Shown: piece by piece, positions 1-12,912 of the stretch | Position numbering within the stretch: position 1 is the stretch's first letter | Layout: the number at the start of each line of letters is the position of its first letter | Source of the DNA: Eledone cirrhosa | Taxonomy: Eukaryota | NCBI GenBank assembly: GCA_964016885.1 | Contig: OZ024757.1 | Location: 20,770,001-20,834,000, forward strand | DNA: 64,000 nucleotides | Reading direction: 5' to 3' | Program-made: the position numbers and the translations under genes | The notes under the pieces: generated by a model | Database searches by the model: none | The model's input: the letters and a program-made list of their open reading frames with translations, nothing else | Told to the model about the DNA's origin: nothing

Positions 1-195
1 AAGTGGGTGGAGTGGGGTAGAGTGTAGAAGTGGGTGGAGTGGGGTAGAGTGTAGAAGTGGGTGGGGTGGGGTAGAGTGTAGAAGTGGGTGGGGTGGGGTA
101 GAGTGTAGAGGTGGGTGGAGTGGGGTAGAGTGGAGAGGTGGGTGGGGTGGGGTAGAGTGGAGAGGTGGTTGGGGGTAGAGTGGCTGGGGTGAGGT
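1..195. repeat. G-rich 27-bp minisatellite (aagtgggtggagtggggtagagtgtag), runs off the window start
   Basis: About 7 direct copies, decaying toward 195. Confidence 0.9.
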
Positions 196-529
196 AGATT
201 TAAGAGGTTGAACTTTTTGAAATTACTCTGGAAATACATTAAATTATATAAAATAACAAAACATAAACAAATAAAATAAAATGAAATGAAATGAAAGAAA
301 TTATTGGTATTTGAAGTTAATTAGAATTTAAAATTTTGGACCAATAATTACTGATTAACGAACATGCAAAGTAAGACTAACGATACTTGAAGGGTGTCTA
401 TCAGAGACTTAAAGAGATGGACAAAATAACTATAGCAAAACATTGATTCCTCTACTTGTTTCAGTCATTAGACTGTGACCATACTGGGGCACTGAAAGGA
501 TCTCCAATGAGGAATTACTAGGTAGATAC

Positions 530-790
530 CAACAGGAGAATATGTCAGTAATCCTTCTGAGAAGTTGGAAGTGGATAAGACATGATCTGAGAAGGTAACA
601 AGATAAGATGGCAAGAAGAGCCCTTCATTGGACAGGCAGGTGGAAATGACCTGACACAGGTGAGAGAGAGAGAGAGATGAAGATCTGACAACATTAATGG
701 GGTACTATCCAGAAGCTGCCCAGCACAAGACAGGATTGGGGGACCTTCATTACTGCCCTACATGCCAGTGGCCATAACTGGCAGTAGATA
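530..790 (+). mobile_element. Degenerate 3' end of an RTE-clade LINE
   Basis: Frameshifted remnants resembling the RTE C-terminus (WKWI.H.LR; ARRALHW; KLAQ; W..F..AL). Confidence 0.55.
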
Positions 791-971
791 GATACTGAAA
801 GGGATTTAGTCAATCATATCAGCCCTAGTAATTAATTTTTTTAAAGATTAGTATTTATTTTATCGATTAAGATTTTTGTGATAAACTTAAATCAAATGAT
901 GCATGTGTGGTATCACAGATAATGTGTGTTTATGTTTATGTATGTGTGTTTTCTCTCATCATCATCACCAT

Positions 972-1290
972 TTAACTCTTTAGTATTCACATTACTCTAT
1001 ATATACCATTATATTTTCATGGTAAAGGCTTCACCTCACATAATATCTCACATAATATCGAATCTATGAGATTTTGAAAGTATTTATTTTGAGAACAATA
1101 CCTTTACATCAGTTTGAGCGACCAGTTACAGCCAGTTTCAACAGAATGAAGTAGAGAATTCTGGCCGGTTTTGGCCGGTTTGAACACTAAAGGGTTAACA
1201 TCAGTTTGAGTGCCCAGTTACAGCCAGTTTCAACAGAAAAAGGTAGAGAATTCTGGTCGGTTTTGCCCGGTTTGAACATTAAAGGGTTAA
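972..1290. mobile_element. piggyBac-type MITE with duplicated right end
   Basis: TTAA+CTCTTTAGTATTCA at 972-989; TGAACACTAAAGGG+TTAA at 1181-1198 (12/14 inverted match) and a second right end finishing at 1290; ~92-bp tandem duplication of the right end. Confidence 0.65.
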
Positions 1291-1379
1291 TGTCTATTTC
1301 CCATGCTTTTTGGAGATAAATGAGTTGTCACATTCTGAGGTAAGAACAGTTGGGTGACCTCATCTTACTTGGTCCATTC

Positions 1380-2135
1380 TTGGCATGGTTTCTATGGCTA
1401 GATGCCCTTCCTAATGCCAACCACTTTACAGAGTGAACTGAGAGCATGGCTTCTATGGCTGGATATTTTCTCAACACCAACCATTTTACAGCATGTACTG
1501 GGAACATGGGTTTCTAAAGCTGAATACCTTTTCTAATGCCAACCACCTTACAGAATGGACTGGGTGCTTTTTTACAATCATACATGGTGGGCTGGGAGTT
1601 TTTTTTTTTTTATCATAGCACCACTATTACCAACAACCTTATAAAAGGGACAGGTTGCTTTTTATCATGGCACCAATATTACCAACAACCTTACAAAAGG
1701 GACAGGTTGCTTTTTATCATGACACCAGTATTACCAACAACCTTACAAAAGGGACAGGTTGCTTTTTATCATAGCACCACTATTACCAACAACCTTATAA
1801 AAGGGACAGGTTGCTTTTTATCATGACACCAGTATTACCAACAACCTTACAAAAGGGACAGGTTGCTTTTTATCATAGCACCAGTATTACCAACAACCTT
1901 ATAAAAGGGACAGGTTGCTTTTTATCATGGCACCAGTATTACCAACAACCTTACAAAAGGGACAGGTTGCTTTTTATCATGACACCAGTATTACCAACAA
2001 CCTTACAAAAGGGACAGGTTGCTTTTCATCATGACACCAGTATTACCATTTTACAGGATAGACAGGGTGTTTTTTTTTTTTAATCATGGCACCAGTACTA
2101 CCATCATACAGGGTGTAGTGGAAGTATTTTATCAT
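1380..2135 (-). repeat. Degenerate SINE/RTE-tail module expanded into a 52-bp tandem array (~1610-2050)
   Basis: gatgcccttcctaatgccaaccactttacag motif followed by ~8 copies of tttttatcatgacaccagtattaccaacaaccttacaaaagggacaggttgc. Confidence 0.8.
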
Positions 2136-2411
2136 GACAGGGTAGGCTAGGTATATGGATACAGTAAGTAGAGTCTGCTAATCTGTTTGTGTAATTCATT
2201 GACGTAGAAACTCTCAGCTAGCGCAGCAAGTAACTAGGTGCAATGATCCACAGACAATCTGGCTTTGAATTAATAATTAAATTATGTACACGCACTAACT
2301 GATAGATATACAGCCACACACTGATGTATACATGTATACACACATGCATACATTCATACACATACACACATATATACATACATACATATACATATATACA
2401 TATACACACAC

Positions 2412-2456
2412 AGTGCACCTGAGCACTTTACACAATAATTTCATTATTATTATTAT
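2412..2456 (+). mobile_element. Extreme 3' tail of the CR1-like LINE
   Basis: Matches 30712-30762 (agtgcacctgagcactttacacaataatttc+(ATT)n). Confidence 0.8.
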
Positions 2457-2513
2457 ATATATACACACACATACATATATATATATACAGACATGCATAT
2501 ATATATATATATA

Positions 2514-2853
2514 TCATCATCATCACCGCTTTATGTCCGTTCGAGCATGGGTTAGACGAGTTGTCCTCTTGTGGGCAGTGTCTGGTCGACTGACCTTGTC
2601 TTGCTCATATGGGAACTGATTCTGGCTTGATTTCTACAGCTGGATGCCCTTCCTAACACCAACCTCATTTACAGTGAGTGGTGGGTGCTTTTTTGCCGTG
2701 GCACCTCCACAACCACTTTGCAGCTGAGTAAACTGGAGCAATGTGAAATAAAGTGTCTTGTTCAAGGAAACAACACATCACCCAGTCTGAGAATTGAACT
2801 CACAACCTTTCGATTGCAAGGACAATGCTCTAACCACTAAGCCATGTGCCTCC
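2514..2853 (-). mobile_element. tRNA-derived SINE, family 1
   Basis: A-box/B-box head, CORE/V/Meta-like central motif, RTE-type tail ending in (GAT)n. Confidence 0.85.
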
Positions 2854-3158
2854 ATATATGTGTATATATATATATATACACACATTCACACCCACCCATA
2901 CACACAGTGTTCTTAAAAGGCATTGATTTAACATTTTTACACAATTTCTAAAACTTTCTATTAAAAACACCACTAGGAAGAAACAAAGGAAATTAAAAAA
3001 AACCAAAACAATAGTAAAACAAAACAAAAACAAAGGAAAATCTCATAAACACCAACCCACAGAGAGACTTAAAATATAGACATATACACACATATATACA
3101 CACATATGCACACATATTAAATGACACAATATATGAAGTGCTGTGTTTATAATTAAAT

Positions 3159-3229
<71 letters not shown>

Positions 3230-3261
3230 ATATATATATAAATATATAAATAAATAAATAA

Positions 3262-3325
<64 letters not shown>

Positions 3326-3463
3326 AATATATAAATAAATAAATAAATAAATATATATATATATATATATATACATAGATACAAATAAATAAATATATAT
3401 ATATACATATAAATAAATATAAATATACATATAAATATATATATATATATATAAGTACACACA

Positions 3464-3499
<36 letters not shown>

Positions 3500-3535
3500 T
3501 TTTTCAAGAATTTGGTTGTGTATTCTCCTACAATG

Positions 3536-3594
<59 letters not shown>

Positions 3595-3610
<16 letters not shown>

Positions 3611-3695
3611 AATGAAATTATTGTGTAAAGTGCTCAGGTGCACTACAACTCGTCAATATAGTACATAGAATAATACACAAATGTCAGGGAAGTAC
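3595..3695 (-). mobile_element. 3' tail of the CR1-like LINE
   Basis: Reverse complement of 30660-30762. Confidence 0.85.
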
Positions 3696-3774
3696 ATATA
3701 TATATATATATATATAACTAATATATATACACACAAACACACTATATATATATATACACACACAAACACACACG

Positions 3775-3809
<35 letters not shown>

Positions 3810-3940
3810 CTAATATATATACACACAAACACACTATATATATATACACACACAAACACACACGCACATATATATATATATAACTAATATATATACACAC
3901 AAACACACTATATATATATATATATACACACAAACACACA

Positions 3941-3995
<55 letters not shown>

Positions 3996-4061
3996 CTAAT
4001 ATATATACACACACAAACACACACGCACATATATATATATATATATATAACTAATATATAT

Positions 4062-4119
<58 letters not shown>

Positions 4120-4370
4120 TGTGAAAATGGTATTGAAAAAAAACTGAAGAATCATGAAAAGAGTCCCCCCTTTTAGTTGGAATGAGTGACACCTTTGATT
4201 CATTATGTAATCAACTAATGACAGGTAACGAAAAGGTGGTGGTTGGGATATCTTTCATTTCTCAAAGGAGACATATGGCATAAAGACACTTTTAAGGGAA
4301 AAATTAAACATATGTGAATGTGTGTGTGTGTGTCTGTTTGTGCATGTTTGGGTGTGTCTGTTTGTGTGTG

Positions 4371-4400
<30 letters not shown>

Positions 4401-4402
<2 letters not shown>

Positions 4403-4612
4403 ACGAAGGAAATGTGGTAAGGAACCAGGTGGACCATAACGCACCAAAGTACTCAATACTTAGGGTAGTAGAGTGGGTAATAGGAACGAGTAAGACCCCG
4501 ACGGCTGAGCTCAAGCCGTTTTGACGGCTAATTCTGGACTAAAAAAAAAAAAAGTCCAGAATTAGCCGTCGAAACGGCTTGACCTCAGCCGTCGGGGTCT
4601 TACTCGTTCCTA
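4401..4612. mobile_element. Palindromic insert in (TA)n (family E) carrying the 3' half of a hammerhead motif
   Basis: 60-bp inverted arms 4481-4540/4553-4612; GAAA-cggct..agccg-TC at 4571-4593; second copy at 48312-48500. Confidence 0.7.
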
Positions 4613-4685
4613 TATATATATATATATATGTAGAGCATCCAGGAGATTCCAACCAGAATGGTTGCATTTTTTAAGGGTATGTCAA

Positions 4686-4751
4686 TATTTTATCTGATGA
4701 AAGCGCACCATAGTTTGCTCTGGTGGCCCTTGAAATATGTATAATGAAATA
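4686..4751 (+). ncRNA. Type I minimal hammerhead ribozyme motif, family A
   Basis: tattttat CTGATGA stemII GAAA tatgta TA atgaaata; the neighbouring tandem copy at ~4900 has lost the core by deletion. Confidence 0.75.
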
Positions 4752-5869
4752 AATATGGTTTTATAAATATAGTTTCCATTTGTTAATATATTATATATAT
4801 ATATGTTTGTATATATGTGTATATATATGTGTGTATATATATATGTAGAGCATCCAGGAGATTCCAACCAGAATGGTTGCATTTTTTAAGGGTATGTCAA
4901 TATTTTATCTGTTGTTTGCTCTGGTGGCCTTTGAAATGTGTATAATGAAATAAATATGGTTTTATAAATATAGTTTCCATTTGTTAATATATTATATATA
5001 TATATATGTGTGTATATATGTGTATATATATGTGTGTATATATATATGTAATAGTAGAGGTGCAATTGAATTGCATTGACAGGCTGTATGCCGAGATGAG
5101 CACTCAATACTGGGGAGCAGAGTATCAATAATAATGAATAAGGAACAAAGGATCAATGTTGCATCATAAACATATGTAATTAAATATGTATATGATGTAA
5201 TACTGACCCTTTGTTCCTTATTTATTATTATGATTGTATTTATTATTATATATGTATGTGTGTTTGTGTGTGTGTGTGTGTGTACAGCGTAGAGAGGGCA
5301 CCTCAGTCAGGTCAATGACCAATAACCTCCCTAGTGCTGGTGTCACAATAAAATGTACCCAATACACTCTTTAAAATAGTTGGCATTATGAAAGGCATCC
5401 AGCCATAAAATCCCTGCCAAACAAAGGGTTTGAGAGAACTTCTCAGCTATGTCAAGGATCTGACAACCTCTCTAGGGCAAGTTCCATAATAAAATGCACC
5501 CAGTGCACTCCGTAAAGTGGTTTGTGAACAGAAAAGCATCCAGCTGTAGAAATCATGCAAAAACCAAAACATGTAAATGAGCCACAATCATATCAATCTG
5601 TTAGTTGACTTTGAGCAACATTTGATACTGGTACCTTTGATACTTGATCTCATTTATCTAGGCATTACAAAAACAATGATCAAAGGATAATCAGTTTAAC
5701 TCTTGAACAATCAAGCATCACATGGTTGCAGTGCCTTGAAAATACGTTTTTGTTTAATGGAATTTAGAAATCACACACTCCGTCAGATTTTATCAATGTA
5801 GTAATTCCATGGAAAACAAGCTATTATTAAAATTGTGATTAAAAAAAGAGAGTTGATTATTGAGAATGT

Positions 5870-6255
5870 ATGAAGCGTGGGAAGAAAATGAAATGAGGTT
5901 AGTATGCCCTGTTGGATGTGTAACGTTGGTGCGAATGAATGGTGAAACACAGTTAAGCTAAGAGCTAAATTGGGAATAAAAAGATTTGGATGCCATGTGC
6001 AAGAAAGAAGACTGCACTGGTATAGACATGTTATAAGTGTAGGAAATAACAGTTGAAGTACCAGGAATGGAAGCTACGGAAGAGTAAGTCTAAGGAACAT
6101 ATGAAACAAAATCATAAAAACTGATCTCATGCTGATAAAGCCTACATACAAAAAGGACAAAGGATCTCAGCAAGAAATGAGATATTAAGCTAAGAGAAGA
6201 CATATACAACCCTTGCAACCATGGAAAACTGGACATAAAATGTATGATGATGACG
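5870..6255 (+). mobile_element. Old degenerate RTE LINE 3' end
   Basis: NEVSM..WMCN...KLRAKLGI...VQERRLHWYRHV, homologous to the C-terminus of the 54.6-57.8 kb ORF; ends catggaaaactggacataaaa..gatga. Confidence 0.75.
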
Positions 6256-6279
6256 CTGATATATATATATATACACATA

Positions 6280-6620
6280 ACACACAGTTCACGCTGTAAT
6301 GTGGCCGTGTAGGCAACACGGTAAAAACCTCCCAGCCCCACACTGTAAATGTGGTTGGTGTTAGGAAGGGCATCCAGCTGTAGAAAACCCGCCAGACAGT
6401 CCACGCTGTAATGTGGCCGTGTAGGCAACACAGTAAAAACCTCCCAGCCCCACACTGTAAATGTGGTTGGTGTTAGGAAGGGCATCCAGCTGTAGAAAAC
6501 CCGCCAGACAGTCCTATGCGAGCAAGACAACCACTCTTGCCTCAAGTGGGAAAACCCCCGTCCAAACCCATGCAAGCGTGGAACATGGACGTTAAACGTT
6601 GATGATGATGATGATGATGA
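6280..6620 (+). mobile_element. 5'-truncated RTE LINE 3'UTR with two 112-bp modules
   Basis: Near-identical to the reverse complement of 54194-54420; (GAT)n tail. Confidence 0.85.
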
Positions 6621-6630
6621 TATATATATA

Positions 6631-7170
6631 CATCATCATCACCGTTTTACGTCCGTTCTTCCACGCTAGCATGCGTTAGACGGGTTGTCCTGTTGTGGGC
6701 AGTGTCTGGTCGGCTGACCTTGTCTTGTTCCTACGGGAACTGATTCTGGCTTGATTTCTACAGCTGGATGCCCTTCCTAACACCAACCTCTTTTACAGTG
6801 AGTGCTGGGTGCTTTTTTGCTGTGGCACCTCCAGGACCACTTTGTAGTGGGAGGGTGTGGGGGCATATTGTATATATGCTTCAGATTCGGCTTGTACCCA
6901 TGGGAGGCCGGGTACTCATCATCATCATAATCCTCGTTTAACGTCCACTATCCACGCTAGCATGGGTTAGACGGGAGTTGGCCCACTTGAGGCAAGGTTG
7001 GTCGGGAAACCATGTCTCGCTCATATAGGACTATCTGGCAGGTTTTCTACAGCTGGATGCCCTTCCTAACCCCAACCACATTTACAGTGTGGAACTGGGA
7101 ACTTTTTACCGTGTTACCCACACGGCCACATTACAGCGTGGACTGTGTGTTTTTTTTCTCGTGCCACCTA
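6631..7170 (-). mobile_element. Two adjacent RTE/SINE 3'-tail fragments (6631-6871, 6917-7170)
   Basis: (CAT)n tails plus the ctacagctggatgcccttcctaac module. Confidence 0.75.
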
Positions 7171-7324
7171 TACTCTGTATATATATATGTGTATATATAT
7201 ATATATTGTTGTTGTTGTCATTATTATTGTTGTTGTTATTATTATTGTTATTAATATATATGTGTGTGTAAGTATATGTATATATGTCTATATGTATATA
7301 TATATATATGTATATATGTATATG

Positions 7325-7335
<11 letters not shown>

Positions 7336-7355
<20 letters not shown>

Positions 7356-7692
7356 GGAGGCACATGGCTTAGTGGTTAGAGCATTGGCCTTGCAATCGAA
7401 AGGTTGTGAGTTCAATTCTCAGACCGGGTGATGTGTTGTTTCCTTGAGCAAGACACTTTATTTCACATTGCCCCAGTTTACTCAGCTGTAGAAATGAGAT
7501 GATAGGGACTGGGGTCTCTATCATTCCACTGCAAAGTGGTCGTGTAGGTGCCACGGCAAAAACCACCCAGCACTCACTGTAAATGAGGTTGGTGTTAGGA
7601 AGGGCATCCAGCTGTAGAAATCAAGCCAGAATCAGTTCCCGTCCCACCCTTGCAAGCAGGGAAAAGTGGACGTAAAATGATGATGATGATGA
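7336..7692 (+). mobile_element. tRNA-derived SINE, family 1, full length
   Basis: GGAGGCACATGGCTTAGTGG (A box), GAGTTCAATTC (B box), tccttgagcaagacacttt core, (GAT)n tail; flanked by (TA)n. Confidence 0.9.
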
Positions 7693-7715
7693 TATATATA
7701 TATATATATATATAT

Positions 7716-8082
7716 AGTTAGGGAAGCAGAAAATTGCTTTTTGTGATCCAGTTCGTGGTTAAGAAAGCCAGTTTCATGGATGGTTTCAACGTACGGTTAG
7801 GGGTAACTCCACAAGTTTGTAAGAATTCCGCTCAATCTTGGAGTATAAAGTATAATAGAGAAAACACAGGTAAGCATTAAGAGAAGGATTTTATCCAGGT
7901 ATTTACGACTGTTTCATTGGTAAGTGTAACCTTATATTGCTATACTGTGAACAACAATTATAATTGAGTGGCTGCTATTTGCAGTATAGCAATATAAGGT
8001 TGCACTTACCAATGAAACGGTCGTAAATACCTCGATAGAATCCTTCTCTTAATGCTTACCTGTGTTTTCTCTTTTATACTAT
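7716..8082. mobile_element. Palindromic insert in (TA)n (family B) with hammerhead 3'-half motif
   Basis: ~99-bp inverted arms 7849-7947/7982-8080; GAAA-cggtcg-TA at 8014-8025; no CTGANGA. Confidence 0.6.
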
Positions 8083-8388
8083 ATATATATATTTTTTCTC
8101 TCTCGTGCAATGGCCATACTCAATAACGAGGGGGCAGCCATCATATATATATATTTTGAAACGATCGACTTTCGTCAAATCGGACCGAGGGAACAATGTT
8201 TCCGTTGGTCTTTCCAATTGCTAATACTATCTATCGGTCGCAACTCCAGGTAGAAGGAGCAACGTGAAATAAAGTGTCTTGCTCAAGGACATAACGCATC
8301 GCCTGGTCCAGGAATCGAACTCACAACCTTACGATTGCGAATCCAATTCTCTAACCACTCAGCCACACACATTCATATATATATATAC

Positions 8389-8476
<88 letters not shown>

Positions 8477-9192
8477 ATCCTTGTGATTTTGATGGAATAC
8501 TACTCAATAGTAAAGTAGAGTTTAAATATTCTTTGTTAAGGCTAAGTAATGTGTCTTGTTACACACACACACACACACGCACACACATCAATGTACATAT
8601 TGTATATTTAATAGTATATGAGATGTTTATGAAAAACATTCTGAAGGCCCTTTGCTATAGAGAAAGGCCTTCAAAAATGTTTTTATCGTTATTTTGGAGC
8701 ACAAATACAAATTTTTAATTTATGTTGGGTGGGTGGATGGAGTGGGTGGTGGGGTGGGATGGGATTGGATGGTAGTGAGGAAGAAGCGAGAGAGGGGGAG
8801 GGGTGGTGGTGGCGGTGGTGGTGGTGGTGGCTTTTCCAATTAATCGTGGAAAATATGAATATATGAAAACAACAGAAGAGGGGGAGGTGAGGGGAGAGGA
8901 GAGAGAAGAGGAAATAAGAGAGAAGAGAGGAGAGGAGAGGAGAGGATAAGAGACAAGCGGAGATGAGGAAAGCAATGCAGTTCATTTAATTGTGTTAGAA
9001 ACAGTAATGAAACTGTATAGTGTTGTTTGATAATGTGTCGGCCATGATGACAGTGCACAGTGTGAATGTGTTATTGTTGACACCTACAGACTAGAAGTCT
9101 CCAGAGACACCATATACATATTACATGTTTTACAAGCAACTCTCCTCAGTTCCCTTATATCTATTATGTATCTATATATATATATATATATA

Positions 9193-9610
9193 TAATTGTT
9201 TCTACTTCTGGCACAAGGCCAACAATTATCCCAGTGCATTACCGGTATTAATATTTTATCGAACCCCTCCCCTCCCCCTCCGTAAGGATGAAAGGCAAAG
9301 TTAACCTCGGCGGGATTTGAACTCAGAATGGCAAGGGCCGTAACTCTATGCGTCAAAGCATGGCGTCCGACCCTCTACCGATACTGCCAATCCACCTCCC
9401 TCTATATGTATCTATATATAATTGTTTCTACTTTAGGCACAAGGCCAGCAATGACCCAGTGCATTACTGGTACTTTATTTTATCGACCCCGTAAGGATGA
9501 AAGGCAAAGTCAACCTCGGCGGGATTTGAACTCAGAATGGCAAGGGCCGTAACTCTATGTGTCAAAGCATGGCGTCCGACTCTCTACCGATACTGCCAAT
9601 TCACCACCCT
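9193..9610 (-). mobile_element. Two tandem tRNA-related SINEs, family 2 (Nin-domain-like)
   Basis: Reverse complement of 49603-49790; A box tggcagtatcgg, B box gagttcaaatc, central gcctttcatccttacggggtcgataaaataaagtaccag. Confidence 0.8.
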
Positions 9611-9798
9611 CTATATGTATCTATATATATAATGAATATAATAAACATATATGTATATATATCCATACGTGGTTGACAGCTGACAGAAAAGAGTACTCAA
9701 TACTGAAGTACAGTGCAGTTCTTGTCTGATGGCCCTGTAATAAATTCCAGAGTAACAAGACTCAATATGTAGCCTTAATAAAATGAATATATATACAT

Positions 9799-9841
<43 letters not shown>

Positions 9842-9897
9842 TAAAATAATTAAGTCAAATATGTAAAATTTGGCTTCGTTTATTACAAATTATAGAT

Positions 9898-9956
9898 ATA
9901 CTGCTATATATATTTCGGTGACAGCCATCATTGGCTGTGACCTCTTCAGGCAGTAT
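9898..9956 (-). ncRNA. Type I minimal hammerhead ribozyme motif, family C, within palindrome 9848-10197
   Basis: Minus strand atactgc CTGAAGA ggtcacagccaatgatggctgtcacc GAAA tatata TA gcagtat; the plus-strand partner at ~10090-10147 has a mutated core (CCGAAGA). Confidence 0.85.
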
Positions 9957-10312
9957 GAATTTGTGTGGGAAAGACAGGTACACATGTTGTTGAAGTGTGT
10001 TTTACTCCGTCAATACATCGATATGTCCAGCTCCTGGTTGTGCTGTTATTCTTCTGAGGAACTGGAATCATATGATTCCACACCAATTCAGACCCCCGAA
10101 GAGGTCACAGCCAATTATGGCTGTCACCGAAATATATATAGCAGTATATCTATAATTTATAATAAACGAAGCCAAATTTTACATATTTGACTTAATTTTT
10201 TTCACATTACTCCCGAGTAAACAACCCAACCTGCATACTTCGTCCAGTGCTCCAATCTGCATACTGAGGTGTCGGTAAACAACCAACATATACTCAAAAT
10301 ATATACATATAT

Positions 10313-10348
<36 letters not shown>

Positions 10349-11169
10349 CATACAGTAAACTGATCATGTAGGTGTCATGACAAAAAGCACCCAGTCCACA
10401 TTGCAGAGTGGTCGTTTTGGGGCCACAATAAAAAGCACCCAGTTCACACTGTAAATGTGGTTGGCATTAACAAGGGCATCCAGCTATAGAAACCAAACCA
10501 GAAACAGTTGTGTCTGAGCAAGACTGTCATCTGATTTGTCTTGTCTCCCAATGAACAGTACACAAAAGGAAGAAAACATTGAGTAAGTGCCAAGGTTGGT
10601 GATGTAAAACTGTTGAACTACTGTGAAGATGCTATTTGAAGCTGTTTGTATTAGCACAGTGTAGACAATTCTAACCAAAGATATGGAGCTCTACAAAATC
10701 TGTGTGGATTGAGTGGTGGTGCTGGAGGTGTTGGTAGTGGTGGTGGTAGTGGTGTTGGTGGGGGTGTTAGTAGTGGTGTTGGTGGGGGTGTTAGTAGTGG
10801 TGTTGGTGGGGGTGTTAGTAGTGGTGTTGAAGGGGGTGTTTGTGGGGGTGTTGGTAGTGGTGGTGATAGTGGGATGTTGGTGTTGTTGTGTAGGGCTGTT
10901 GTGGGTGTTGATGGAAGGGTTGTTGGTGTTGTTGTTGATATTGTTGCTGGTTGTTGTGGTCATGGTGCTGGTGGTGTTGATAGTAGTGAAATTGCTCTTG
11001 GTGGAGTTGTTCATATTGGTGCTGGTATTGATGGCTATAATGGTATAGGTGCAGGTGATGGTGGTGATAATGGTGCAGGTGATGGTGGTCTCGGTGTTGA
11101 TGGTAGTGTTGCTGGTGATGTTGTTGGTTATAGATTTAAGCCTTAATCTAGACTTCACTAGGAGATTGT

Positions 11170-11375
11170 CTTTGCCTAAGTTTAGCTTTTTAACAAATCT
11201 AGATTTTTGCCTACATCTAGTTTTCTAACAAATCTAGATTTTTGCCTACATCTAGTTTTCTAACAAATCTAGATTTTTGCCTACATCTAGTTTTCTAACA
11301 AATCTAGATTTTTGCTTTTATCAAGACTGGTAATGAATCTAGATTTGACCTATATCTAGCCTTTTAACAAATCCA
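11170..11375. repeat. 35-bp minisatellite (tctagatttttgcctacatctagttttctaacaaa)
   Basis: Three exact copies plus degenerate flanking units. Confidence 0.85.
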
Positions 11376-12169
11376 GTTGTTCACTCAGCTCGATTCCAAC
11401 AATGTCAAGTAAAGAATTTTACATTTTTTTCCCATATCTATATTCTACAGTTTCACCACTTGCATACTGGGGTTACAAAGAAGGACATATAGAAATACAC
11501 TTGGAGCCAAAGATAAGGAAGAAAAGCCATGAAAGTTCTCAAACCAAATATGTCTGCCACTTAAACTAGAAGAGAAAGAAGAGGAGGAGTAAAGGAAAAA
11601 CAAGGGAGAGAATAAAAACCAGGGGAGACAAGCAAACAAAACCTTGATATTTTTAATGTTATTTATATCTTTGAATGTAAAATGATTGGATTGAAGGGGC
11701 CAGAGGGGAGGGGAGAAGTGTGTGTGTGTATGGGTGCATTTGTATATACATGCATGTGTTAAGGTATGTATGTGTGTGTGTGTGTATGAGTATATATATG
11801 TGTGTATTTGTGTGTTTGCCTGTATATTGTATATGTATGCGTGTGAATGGATGCACATGCCCACATGTGTGTGTACTTGTAAGTCTGCATGCTTGTGCTT
11901 GAATAAATGTCTGAATGGTGACGATGGTGGTGGTGGTTGGGCTAGTGGTGGTGGTGGTTGGGGTAGTGGTGGTTGTGGCTGAGGTGGTGGTGGTTGGGGT
12001 AGTGCTGGTTGTGGCTGAGGTGGTGGTGGTTTAGGGGCAATGATGGCTGTGCTGATTGTTGTAGTGATAGTAATGGTATAATGTTTGTGGTGGTGGCTAC
12101 TGGTGGCAATGGCAGTCTTGTAGTAGAGAGAGTTTGGGTGGTGGTAGTGCCTTTCATTCTCCAGTCAAA

Positions 12170-12600
12170 AGGGGTGGGGATTGGCAAAATTGGTAGAGCA
12201 TCAGAGATACTTTGGAGCCATTTACTCTTTTACCTGTTCCAACTGACAGGTTGGGGGCCATGCTGGGGCACCGCCATTAGTTGCAACTTCTATGTTCTGA
12301 GTTCAAATTATGCTGAGGTTAATCATCTTTGCTTTTCATCATCCAGGGACTAAGAAAATAAAGTACCAGGCATACACTGAAGTTGATATAATCAATAACA
12401 ACATTCTCTATGCCTAAATTGCTGGCCTTGAGCCTAATTTGTGCATTGGCAAAATTGGTAGAGCATAGGACAACATGGTTTGTGGCCAGAGTTCAAATCC
12501 TGCTGAAGTTAACTTTAACTTTTATCTTTCTGGGACTGAGAAAAGTACCAGTAAAATGCTGGTAAAATTGCTGGCCTTGTACCAAAATTTAGAAATAATT
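12170..12600 (+). mobile_element. Two degenerate family-2 SINE copies
   Basis: attggcaaaattggtagagcat heads, gagttcaaat B box, aaagtaccag, ctggccttg tails. Confidence 0.6.
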
Positions 12601-12621
12601 ATTACATATTTTTTCACAATT

Positions 12622-12912
12622 CATCATCATCATCATCACCGTTTTATGCCCGTTCTTCCACGCTAGCATGGGTTAGACGGGTTGTCCTGTTGTGGGCAGT
12701 GTCTGGTCGGCTGACCATGCCTTGCTCATACGGGAACTGATTTGGCTTGATTTCTACAGCTGGATGCCCTTCCTAACACCAACCTCATTTACAGTGAGTG
12801 CTGGGTGCTTTTTCGTGGCGCCTACACGTCCACTTTACAGTGTGGGCTGGGTGCTTTTTTCCCGTGGCACCTCCACGACCTCCTTGCGGTGGGGGGTGTG
12901 GGGGCATATTGT
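12622..12912 (-). mobile_element. RTE/SINE 3'-tail fragment
   Basis: Homologous to 6631-6871, with the same distal boundary (ggggcatattgt). Confidence 0.8.

Noticed and set aside
1-195. Telomeric repeat
   Set aside because: 27-bp unit without TTAGGG; only generic G-quadruplex potential
7336-7410. tRNA gene calls for SINE heads and the 86-bp units
   Set aside because: No paired acceptor stem, and the sequence continues into SINE body
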